A stretch of DNA of 64,000 nucleotides from Balanoglossus misakiensis (taxonomy: Eukaryota > Animalia > Hemichordata). The position numbers and the translations under genes are program-made. The stretch covers positions 9,889,778 to 9,953,777 of the forward strand of contig CM082597.2 of the NCBI GenBank assembly GCA_040954595.2. The letters are read 5' to 3'. How positions within the stretch are numbered: the stretch's first letter is position 1; the number at the start of each line of letters is the position of its first letter. This document shows, in pieces, positions 1-10,109 of this stretch. The notes under the pieces were generated by a model. The model did no database searches. It was given only the letters and a program-made list of their open reading frames with translations, and had not been told where the DNA came from.

Positions 1-6
1 TCGCGA

Positions 7-197
7 CATGACCCACGATCACAGTATCTATGTAAGGCTAGTCTATTATCTAGACGTATTTTGTCCGATACTAGACTACCCCTACATAGATACTGTGATC
101 GTCGGTCATGCTAGCTCTGCGTACAGGTCTGTGTTCCCGGCGTTACAATGTACACGGAGGCCGTGTAACGCCGGGAACACACAGACCTGTACGCAGG
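7..197. repeat. Two adjacent short palindromic (MITE-like) elements
   Basis: catgacccacgatcacagtatctatgta ... tacatagatactgtgatcgtcggtcatg (~7-110), then ctgcgtacaggtctgtgttcccggcgttaca ... tgtaacgccgggaacacacagacctgtacgcag (~117-196). The second family recurs at ~2160-2402. Confidence 0.7.
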
Positions 198-211
198 GTT
201 AGGGTCATGCC

Positions 212-322
212 TGGACTCTCTCACAGCCCACGGTTCGCTACAGGGTTCTTTACATGTTGTACACTGACATGTGTAGCAATCAGACCATAAGCCTGCATAG
301 GGAGCGGCTGTGAGAGAGTCTA
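212..322. mobile_element. Short MITE, same family as 57042-57203
   Basis: TIR gactctctcacagcc / ggctgtgagagagtcta; TSD degenerate. Confidence 0.7.
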
Positions 323-628
323 TGGTCACGTCGCCATGTATCTTTGTCAAAACTAGTTTTGGAAGCATGGATAATACGGATAGATACTAGACTAAATGCA
401 CAGGTCGCCCCGCAGTATTTATTTTTCTAAGCGGGTCAACTACGGTGCAACCTGTGGACTAATGCAGGGCATAATTTCGAGGATTATAACCTAAAACCCG
501 GTGCTGTTTTATTCATTATTGCATCAATCAACACATTATCCCACTAAGTGCAATTTATTAACAGCTTGTGAAAATGTACCAACCATTATTTTGTCCAAAA
601 TAATTTTATCAATGACAAATTGAATTAA

Positions 629-1334
629 GGTGGCATTGTATGAAACCGTCGAGACGTTTTCAGATGCCTATTTCTCATCAAAGACAACATTAAAACCGCT
701 ATAAACCTATATATTCTGGAAGCTGAGTTTTTGAACTTTTGTTTGAAGTGCATATATTATTGATTCCCAGAAATGGTGGCGTTTTGGGGTTAAAAAAAAA
801 TATTTTTTGATACATGTTTTATGTCATTCAATTTAATTTAGGTAAAAAAGTTGACCATGATGCATCATGCATCTTTATATGTCATTCGAAACTAGAGTAC
901 ATGTGCAATAAAACCAAAATTTTGTTTTGAGTTATCTGCTTCCATTGAGGAGTAATAGCGTTTGAAATTTAGATTTAGATTTGTTTTAGTCGATTAAGTG
1001 TCCCGCCTCAATGGAAGCAGATAACTCAAAACAAATTTTGTTTTGTTAGATGGGTCATACGAAATCCCCTGTTAAAATTTGAGCAAATTCTGCCAACGCA
1101 GAGCAAAGCTAAATTCTGATGAAGTTGTCAAAAGCAGCGAAATTGCAAACTGAGAAAAACGGCCATTTGCATTGTTGACACCTATGGACTCATTCAGAAA
1201 AGTGCTATTTTTGGGTGATTATGCACCATTTCCGCCAAGATGCATTTGTCAGAATGTGGATCAGTATTAGACCTACCGATTTATGTAAAAAAGTAAAATT
1301 TAGCAAAAATCACAACTTTTCATGCAACGCAACC
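629..1334 (+). mobile_element. Non-autonomous TTAA-flanked DNA transposon (Kolobok-like), copy 1
   Basis: TTAA|ggtggcattgtatgaaa ... tttcatgcaacgcaacc|TTAA; RR..YY termini. Homologous copies at ~21183-21828 (partial) and 31172-31917 (inverted). Confidence 0.8.
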
Positions 1335-1622
1335 TTAAAGCTGCCCTTGGGCCCCTAAAAATTTAAAATGTGGTGGGTGGACAACAAATATCCAGACTCA
1401 TGTTTTTTTTTGCTATTCTCCAAATCTGATCTGGCATTTTGGTCTTCATTTTTTGAAATTTTACTACATTTGCTACTTGCATGTCAGAGGACTTTAGCCA
1501 TGGCCAGCCAGTCGTTACAAGTTGTTTTGGCACATACATGTAAGCTTTTCGGCCCCAGTCGTTTCAACCCTCAATTTTCACAACCCCAGTAAGTTGCTTT
1601 GGCACTTTATCAGCACAGCCCC

Positions 1623-2847
1623 CAATCTGATTAAAATCAGATGTAGGGAACGGCGACGTGTTTTTTTTATGCTGTCGCCTCACACTACATCTGACCAACT
1701 CTCAATGGAGGTCCCGCTGAACTCTCGCGTCCCGACCCGGCCAATCAGATTGCGTGTTATGCCGACTAAAGAATTGCACTGGGAGATGGGAGAAATGTTG
1801 TTGTTGACTTCGAGTATCGCACAGAATACGAAAGATTGGCTTTCTCTTGTGAACAATTACATGTAGTCCCATGGTATCTTTCTTTTTTTTGTCGTCATCG
1901 TATGCGAGTGGTTTTCGCAGAGCAGTGGAAACGTCGAGCTGTAGCCATATACAAATGATGAACTGTCATTGATCATTTATAAACTCTCCTATTACAAGTC
2001 ATGTTCGCCCTCGTAGTCATGCTGCCAGTCGGGAAAATGACGTACTTCATGTAAAAGTTTATAAAAAATAAACCAAATTTCACTGCCATGTATCCCAAAA
2101 CAATTTATGTGACAGATTTTTAAAAAGAACGCTAACTTCGGCTAAGGAATGTCAAGTCATAGCTCCGCGTTCAGGTCTGTGTGTTCCCGACGCACCACAG
2201 CCCTGCATAAGGCCCCATAGACAAAACTGGTGCGTCTGCGGTCCGGACCCGGACGCCCGACCGGAGCTTTTTCTGTCGAAATTCGATTTTATCGAAGCAA
2301 AATCCTTTCCCTGTCTACTTCAACCGACCCCAAATATGATGCGATTAACTTCTTCTAACGTCCGTGTAACGCCGGGAACACACAGACCTGCACGCAGAGC
2401 TAGTCAAGTCAGTGCACTCTCGTGTATACAAACGATCGTGGCGACAGAATCTCTCCCTGGGACGGCCTTACACAAATGTAATCGATTCTCTAACAATTTT
2501 ACTGCGACTTGTTGCCACGTCTTATACATTTCGTTGACCAGTGGAATATAGAGGTTCAGTCGTCACGCTGAACTGGCTCGAAACCATTCCCCACGCTGAT
2601 TCGACTCTCGCGCCCGGGATATATGTCTGTGGTACATGTAGCTCCATGGTAACAACCGCAAGGGGCCAGGTCATGTGATTGTGGGTTGCCTATCGTTCGC
2701 CACAAGGCGCCTTCTCATTGGATTAGATTCCCAGTAATTCTCGCAGAGTTCAACGAGATCTCCATTGAGAGTTGGTCAGATGTAGTGTGAGGCGACAGCA
2801 TAAAAAAAACACGTCGCCGTTTCCTACATCTGATTTTAATCAGATTG
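1623..2847. mobile_element. Non-autonomous DNA transposon with ~88-bp TIRs and 9-bp TSD (AcademH- or MULE-type), carrying nested insertions
   Basis: TIR caatctgattaaaatcagatgtagg...ctcaatggag and its inverse at 2760-2847; TSD cacagcccc at 1614-1622 and 2848-2856. Contains a relic of the 51245-52146 family (~1858-2678) and a MITE (~2160-2402). A related terminus starts at 63951. Confidence 0.88.
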
Positions 2848-2875
2848 CACAGCCCCCTAGCCCAACTAAACTTAA

Positions 2876-3670
2876 AGGGGAAATCCGGTCCAGCTTATTT
2901 CTACATATTTTGGAAGATTTGAGGTCACTCTTTCAGAAAAATAACATTTTCGCCATGTATGAGTAGTGCAATTTTTTACAAAAACGAGGGAAAGTTGGCA
3001 GAATTTCCAATACATGTATGGCATTTACTGTAATTTGAATCATGGGAAAAACAACATGAGGACCAACTTTCGCCCAACTTGGTGTGGGTGATACCATTTT
3101 CAGATTGGTGTCACTGGGCAACAAGTAGGCGTAATTGCATAGCTATTGTTTGAACTTTGCGTCATTTGATAAACAATCAGGAGCAAAGTCGAAAATTTGT
3201 CATCTGTTGACAGTTTTCATGAGCTACATGTATAAACCCATGAAAAATATGCAAATATGTACATTAACATAAATGGTGTCTTGTATCAAACATAATTAAT
3301 GAAAAAGGGGCAGCGAGAGAGAAACTTTGTCCCTTTGTGCCTTTTTTGCATTAATTACATGTATGTTTGATACAAGAGACTATTTTATTCTGCATGTGGA
3401 TGTGTAGTGAACCAACGTTCGACCACACGCAACCTCCATCCCACTTGTAGATACATGTACGAGGGTGAAAAACTTGCCAAAATGAATAATCAGTGTTTAC
3501 CATTTATTCATTTTGGCAAGATTTTTACTCTCATATCCTACAAACAGGATGGAAATTTTGTGTGGTTGAACATTGATTCACTTTATATCCACATGTAGAA
3601 TAACATAAACAGTGTCGATTATCAAACATTATTAATGGAAAAAGGGCAGCGAGAGAGAGACTTTGTCCCT
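2876..3670. mobile_element. TTAA-flanked non-autonomous element (Kolobok-like)
   Basis: TTAA|agggg ... gtccct|TTAA; the right ~340 bp is homologous to the palindromic MITE at 28848-29191. Confidence 0.65.
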
Positions 3671-3774
3671 TTAAGAATACAAGTTAACTTGAGGTGAGAA
3701 AATTAAACAGAAACCAGGTAGAATGGGGTATAGTAACAGTCTTCGGACTGAGCGCGATTCTCATTATTAAAACA

Positions 3775-3947
3775 CCGCAAAGCATGTTGGGAAATTTCAG
3801 CACTCATTGACCTCTGTTATGGCGGCCAAGAACCCAGCGTACGTGGAGAGATTTCAATCCAATTTTTTTCCATGTTTTGAGAGTACATGACAGATTTTGT
3901 TGTCTTTGTGAAAATTATTGAAATAAAGCAATAAGAGAATCAAAGAG
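3775..3947 (+). promoter_or_regulatory. Candidate HYOU1 promoter / non-coding first exon
   Basis: One of few non-repeat islands upstream. Contains gcatgttgggaaat (ZNF143/Staf-like), atggcggc (YY1-like), tacgtgg, and a possible donor gag|gtgaat at 3948. Coding exon 1 has an acceptor 12 nt before the ATG, which suggests an upstream UTR exon. Confidence 0.25.
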
Positions 3948-3982
3948 GTGAATTCAGTAGATTTGCGAAAAATAAAAATAAA

Positions 3983-4311
3983 TTAAAGCTGCAAGCAGCA
4001 TTGAAGGGGCCCAAGCATAGAGTTAATAACCATTAGACTCCATTTAGTGTTGTACCATTCAAATGCGTAGGCTGTATTTGCTCTCGATGTTAAGATATGG
4101 GGAAGTAGGCAACCACCCGAAATGCATGTCTTACGAGTACAAACACAACAACCAAAGGTGAACTTCTACGTTGTAAGTACTTCAGGAAGTACTTGAAAGG
4201 TCAGCTGAGGGTACCCAAAAAATCTTATTTGGTTCATATTCAAGACAACGGAAAATCCTCGCCCTTTGGGTTTGTCAAATTAGATATGGCCATAATAATG
4301 AGTTACGCAAG
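3983..4311 (-). mobile_element. 3' end of a Helentron/DINE-like element, displaced by inversion
   Basis: Reverse complement ends gcttgggcccc..aatgctgcttgcagctttaa, the same subTIR plus stem-loop terminus as the units at 44552-50311. Confidence 0.8.
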
Positions 4312-5071
4312 CAGGGTTTTAGCTAAGCGCCGGCCACCGGCCAATTGGCCGGGTACTTGCACTGAACTGGCCGTCTACTTTTCCTTAACCCATTAGGGTT
4401 ATTTTTATTTTTATACTCTTTCACGCTCATAAATAAGGGTTCGTATGCTCCTGGAATTTGAAACCCCTCCTGGAAACTCCTGAAATCTCCTGGAAATTCA
4501 AAATTTCTCCTTGAATCTCCTGGAAAACCGCGAGTCACGATCGCATTTCACCGGATCGTGAAACAGTACGCGTTGCCCATTTCACTCGGCGCACCAGTTA
4601 TCTTTAGACAGGCGTCCTATAAATAGTATCATTGACGTAGTAACGCACAAATTGCAACAACTAACGCAGCTCAGCGTTCCGGTCGCAACAAAATATCTAA
4701 AACTTGACAAAAGATGTAGCAACTTTTGTTAGAGGTCATGCCATGTGTCCGCGCGTCTGCAGAATACTTGTACACACGGCCGCGGCAGACACCCGTGAGA
4801 TCGATGTTCCGGGCAATTAGTGATGTCAAAAAGAAGCAAAAAAGGCAGGCGTTTTTTTTTTTTTTCTGCAGAACAGTAATTTCCATCAGTAATTTGTCGA
4901 TTTTATCAGGACAGAAATCATTGCTTTAGGGACCGTTCTTTTTTTTATGGCCGAGGGGGGGGGGGTGTCAACATGATTGGGGGTCAAAGGTCAACATGTC
5001 CCCGGCCCCGCATAATTGGCCCCCTACTTTGCCAATATGGCCCTCTACTTCAAATTTTAGCGAAACCCCTG
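4312..5071 (-). mobile_element. hAT-like non-autonomous element, copy 1
   Basis: Imperfect TIRs cagggttttagctaa / ttagcgaaacccctg; 4431-5071 is nearly identical (inverted) to 6850-7187 + 10124-10434. Confidence 0.8.
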
Positions 5072-5085
5072 GTCAAAGGTAACTC

Positions 5086-6849
5086 TTTAGGGGACCAAGC
5101 GCCCTCAGGCGCTTGGTCCCCTTCTGTTATTGCTGGAGTTTTTCTTCTTTCTTCTTGAGTCGTTTTTTTGCTCCCGTTTTTCTCAAAAATGCCTAGACCT
5201 AGGACCTTGAAATTTGGCACGGTGGTTGGGGCCTATGAGTACTGGTGCACCTGCCCTTTGAATTTGTAATTAGTCACGTGACTTGGTGGCTATAATCGAG
5301 CGAAATTTTCAAATTGACCTAATTTGCACATTAATGGGGGCATGTACATTCTTTTCGCGATTTTTGTAGACCATGTGGCCAAAATCCCCTGTGCCAAATT
5401 TCAAGGTCCTAGGCCACGTCGATCTTGAGAAGAAGATTTTTGTAATATTTTTCGCATTTTTGGTGGGCTGAGGACGAACACTGGGGCATCGGACTTTGAC
5501 CGTCATTACGTAATGTTGTGGAGATCTCATTAGCAGGCGGGTTGCAGTAGTCCTTGGAAAATCGGCTGAAATATGTAAACAGACCAGTGATTATTTTCCA
5601 CGGAATGAATTTTGGGACAACACATTATCGGAGTTCAGGCTGTGTTAGGGCGTTTTGTTGAATTACGCTGAGTTTGTTAGCTGTTGCCGTTCAAATGTGT
5701 CTACGCAGACCCGGCTACACTGGTTAACATTCAATGTAATGCGGCAGCGGACTTTGACCCTCAGTCGCTAATGTTGTGGGAGGTTTCATCATTAGCATCA
5801 TTGTAGTCACATGTACATTAGTGGATAGTAGTTCGGGAAATTGGCTGAAATACGTAAGCAGACCAGTGATTTTCTTGCACGAAGGGAGTATGGTACCAGC
5901 AATAATCAGAGATCAGGCTTCGGTGCCGTTCAAAAGTTCCTACTTCAGTCGTGACGTTGCAACTGGACGTTCAGTATGGGGGTCGGCCCGCAGGTGGCCG
6001 TGGGGGTTATCAGGTGGCCCGTAATGGCACGCAGCTTCATGCAGCTGTATGGGACAAAAATAATACGCCCGATTCGGGGGTCACCTGTGACACCATACCT
6101 GCGTAACTCTATTATGTGCATGCGTAATTGTGGGGTCAATGAAAGGGATGCTAGCGTGGTATTTGTTGCACATGGATCAATATGAAGTCCGATTTTCCTG
6201 TCAAGTTGTGGGCGACCTTATGTGACATTACACCTACTTTTGCTTAATGAATAACAGCAGATGCATGCAGCTTTGGCGTGGGGGGGGGGGGAATATACGG
6301 ATGGGACCATAATGATATACCAAAGGCGGGGTCACCTGTTGCACCTGCCTAAGTCATTGATTTTGTACATTTAATTGGACACTAACCAACAGGGCGATAT
6401 GTGTGGTTTTTGTTCCACAGGGACGAATGTAAGTGTCAGTTGGTTTTTGCCCAAATGTGTAAGGTGATTTGTATGACCTCTGTTGTACAGTGCCATATCT
6501 CAGCATGTTGTACAGGTGCAGCTTTGGTATATTTGGAGGGATGAAACTATCATGAAATGCCAAATACATGGGGATACCTGTGACACCTGCTTTATTCATG
6601 TATTACGTGCATACCTAATGGTAGGCAAAGTGAAAGGGCTGCAAATGTAGGATTTGTTGCACATGACATAAACAGGAATGAAAATTTTTCGTCAAATATT
6701 TGGGTGACCTCAGGTGTCCATTGACCTGCTTTCCATATGTTAGCATGCACATCATATATAACCAGGTGTTTGGAGGGGTAGGGTAGGACCCTCTGCGTCA
6801 TGAAATGCTAAATTCCTGGGGCCACCTGTAACTTACATGTGTACTTGCG
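5086..6849 (+). mobile_element. 5' part and body of a Helentron/DINE-like element
   Basis: tttaggggaccaagcgcc..ggcgcttggtcccc hairpin followed by a CT-rich tract and internal cacctgt..taactcattat subrepeats shared with the 44552-50311 family. Confidence 0.78.
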
Positions 6850-7187
6850 CAGGGGTTTCGCTAAAATTTGAAGTAGAGGGCCATATTGGCAAAGTAGGGG
6901 GCCAATTATGCGGGGCCGGGGACATGTTGACCTTGTCCCCCCCCCCCCCCCCCCCCCCACTCGGCCGTAAAAACTGAACGGTCCCTAAAGCAATGATTTC
7001 TGTCCTGATAAAATCGACAAATTACTGATGGAAATTACTGTTCTGCTGCTGAAAAAAACACAAAAAACGCCTGCCTTTTTTGCTTCTTTTTGACATCACT
7101 AATTGCCCTGAACATCGATCTCACGGGTGTCTGCAGCGGCCGTCTGTACAAGTATTCTGCAGACGCGCGGATACATGGCATGACCTC

Positions 7188-10109
7188 TTTTTTTTTTTTT
7201 TTTTTAATACTTTTTATTGGGAACACAAACAGTCATTTTGATACATAAGTAGATTTAAAAAAAAAAAAAAAAAATTGACAATTATTTTTTGGAAGCATAA
7301 CTTAATGGAAAGAAGAGAAAAAAACAAAACAATCTGGTATTCTCAGTTTGTTATATACCTCATAAGTGACGACCATTTTTTAAGATGAAAATACATTTTA
7401 TGATTTGCAGTTGCAATCTTAAGTTCCATTTCATGTATGTTTTTGAGCTGAACAATAAACCCAGTGATATTCGGAATTCGATTATTTAATTTACAGTAGT
7501 AAATGTACATTCTAACTTGCATTGCTATAAAATTGACTATAAAAGTCTCGTTTGGGTCACCCATAACCATACATAACACTGATGGTGGTTTTTTCAATTT
7601 AAGAGGGATACCTAACGTAAACAGTAGGTCCCTCCAGAGAGCAGTAGTACAATTGCAACTATGAAATAAATGGTCGATGGACTCTGTTTCCACTTTACAT
7701 AAATCACAAAGAGCAGTTGGAAATTTCTGTGGATTGTACCTGTTTAGCTGTTTGTTTGTATACAAAATATTGTGAAGTAATTTAAATTGAAAAGCTCTAG
7801 CCTTACAATGTATTGATAACTTGTAAGTGAAGTCATACATTTTTTCCCAGTTTAGATTAAATATATTCAACATTTTTTCCAGTGTTGCTTGACTTTTTGG
7901 AGTCTCTATAATACGGTCGTTCAAATTACATTTCAAACTCTTTTTCGTTAAAGTGTCTAAATTACAGATTGTGCCATTCAATGAAATACAAAGCTTATGT
8001 ACACAATGTGCTTTGGTACAATTTTTTAACTTGTTTGGAACAGAAAGTGTCAATCCTAACCACTTCAATTTCTGATTTAAATTCAGGCCTTTCTGCTCAA
8101 ATACAGACCATGATACTCTATTAAAACCTGTAAACATGTCAGAGATGAAATTAAAGCCAGCGTCAGAAAAAGCCTTATAAAATACCGACTTTCCTCCAAC
8201 GAGGACGTTTCTGTTGTTCCAAATCACCTGGTCTGTAGTATTTGGAATTATGTTGATTTCTGACCATGTGACAAGACAATTATTTATAAAACTGGAAACT
8301 TGGACAGGCAAAAGATTGGTGCGGAAGTTACATTTAAAAAGTAATTTTCCACCGACTTTCTCTAAACTGTGTAAGACAATGTGTTTCCAAGGGTGTTTAC
8401 ATTCCTCATTCAACAGGCGTTTAATCAGTAATACTTGCTTTGTTTTTATCATCACATCTAAATTGGGCATTTTTAAGCCTCCTTGGCCCACCTCCCCTAT
8501 CATTACATTCCTGCGAACCCGGTCTTGTCCATTCCAGAGAAAATTATAAATTAACTTATGAACCCGACCTATTACTTCATTAGGAAAAATTACATGTGTA
8601 AGCACATATGTTAATTTGGAAATTGCCAATGACTTAATAACTTGAACTTTCCCAATGATGGTCAAATTCCTAGTTTTCCACATATTGAGGACCTTTTTTA
8701 GATTTTCGACTGGGGTAACAATATTTTTTTCCTGGGCAATTTTTTCATTATAAGAAAAATGAATCCCCACAATCTTGATAGTAGGGGTGGGCCACTTTAC
8801 CCCGAACGCCTCATCTTTTCGAAGTCTCCATTTCCCAAGCCAAACAGCTTCTGTCTTATCTTTGTTGACTTTCAAACCAGAAGCATTATAAAAGGAAGTT
8901 AACATTTCAAAAACAATTCTTACAGAGTTTTCATTTGATAAAAAACAGGTCATATCGTCGGCGAACGCCGACTCCTTAATTTCAACACTGCCAATATTGA
9001 TACCACTAATTTGCCGGTTATTTCTTATTGAATGCAAGAGTGTTTCTAAAACCAGAATAAATAACATAGGTGACAAAGGGTCGCCTTGGCGCACTCCCTT
9101 CTCAAGCTTAAAATAGCCAGTCCCAAACCCATTGTTCATTACAGTGCTTTCAATGTTAAAATATAAGGCTTTAACCCAGTTGATGAAGGACACTCCAAAA
9201 TTAAAGGATGACAACGTATTGTAGAGATAATCCCAACTTACAGTGTCAAAAGCTTTTTCGAAATCTATGGCTAATAAAATTGCTGGAATATCAGCATTAC
9301 AGGTGTGATGAAAAATCTCATCTATCAAACGGATATAATCACCAATGTTTCTCCCCCGGACAAAGGCCGCTTGGGAGTCACCAATTAAGCAGGGCAAAAC
9401 TTTTTCAATACGTTTAACAAGGCATTTTGAAGCAAGCTTCATGTCAACATTCATAAGGGAGATTGGTCTCCAATTTTTCAGATAGAGTTGATCCTTCCCA
9501 GGTTTATCAATCAGAGTTATGACACTCTGTTTCTGTGAATTTGAAAATTCCCCCGTTCTGTAACCATAATTGAGAGAATTCAAAACTAAATTCCCCACCT
9601 GTGGCCAAAACGCCACGTAAAATTCTTTTGTAAGGCCATCATTGCCGGGGCTTTTGTTGTCTGGAAGGGAGAGAAGAACAGAGAAAACTTCCCTAGGGGT
9701 CAAAGGACCCTCACACAAAACTTTATCATTCTCTGACAACATTGGTAAATTTGCATCCATGAAATAATGCACATCGTTGGAGTTTGTGGCGCACCTTGAG
9801 TAAAGCTTGGCATAAAACTGCTTAATTTCACACAAAATATTCATTGGGTTGTCTATAATTGTATACTCATCTTTCTTCAAATTGCTGATACTCGAGTTGC
9901 GTTTATTTACCTTTTCCAAACCTAAAAAGAACTTGTTACATTTTTCACCTTTCTCGTACCAATTAATCCTGGATCTTACGACCGCTCCTTCTGTAATATA
10001 ATCATAAACTTTCTCCAAATCGCTCTTTGCTGACTCGAGCATCTCGTAATTTTGCACTGTAGGATGATTAGAACAGAGACCCTCAAGAAAATTCACCGAC
10101 AGTTCAAGT
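7188..10109 (-). mobile_element. Young 5'-truncated L1/Tx1-clade LINE
   Basis: Poly(A) tail (T-run 7188-7205); perfect TSD catggcatgacctc(tt) at 7174-7187 and 10110-10123; uninterrupted ORF2 fragment. Confidence 0.95.
7343..10096 (-). CDS. LINE ORF2 fragment: reverse transcriptase plus C-terminal CCHC knuckle, no endonuclease
   Basis: 917 aa with KSPGNDG, NWRPISL, DFEKAFD, GVRQGDPLSP, FADD and CDLC..ESIDHLFHSC. The start is a truncation, not a true initiator. Confidence 0.93.
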   Translation of the reverse strand: MNFLEGLCSNHPTVQNYEMLESAKSDLEKVYDYITEGAVVRSRINWYEKGEKCNKFFLGLEKVNKRNSSISNLKKDEYTIIDNPMNILCEIKQFYAKLYSRCATNSNDVHYFMDANLPMLSENDKVLCEGPLTPREVFSVLLSLPDNKSPGNDGLTKEFYVAFWPQVGNLVLNSLNYGYRTGEFSNSQKQSVITLIDKPGKDQLYLKNWRPISLMNVDMKLASKCLVKRIEKVLPCLIGDSQAAFVRGRNIGDYIRLIDEIFHHTCNADIPAILLAIDFEKAFDTVSWDYLYNTLSSFNFGVSFINWVKALYFNIESTVMNNGFGTGYFKLEKGVRQGDPLSPMLFILVLETLLHSIRNNRQISGINIGSVEIKESAFADDMTCFLSNENSVRIVFEMLTSFYNASGLKVNKDKTEAVWLGKWRLRKDEAFGVKWPTPTIKIVGIHFSYNEKIAQEKNIVTPVENLKKVLNMWKTRNLTIIGKVQVIKSLAISKLTYVLTHVIFPNEVIGRVHKLIYNFLWNGQDRVRRNVMIGEVGQGGLKMPNLDVMIKTKQVLLIKRLLNEECKHPWKHIVLHSLEKVGGKLLFKCNFRTNLLPVQVSSFINNCLVTWSEINIIPNTTDQVIWNNRNVLVGGKSVFYKAFSDAGFNFISDMFTGFNRVSWSVFEQKGLNLNQKLKWLGLTLSVPNKLKNCTKAHCVHKLCISLNGTICNLDTLTKKSLKCNLNDRIIETPKSQATLEKMLNIFNLNWEKMYDFTYKLSIHCKARAFQFKLLHNILYTNKQLNRYNPQKFPTALCDLCKVETESIDHLFHSCNCTTALWRDLLFTLGIPLKLKKPPSVLCMVMGDPNETFIVNFIAMQVRMYIYYCKLNNRIPNITGFIVQLKNIHEMELKIATANHKMYFHLKKWSSLMRYITN

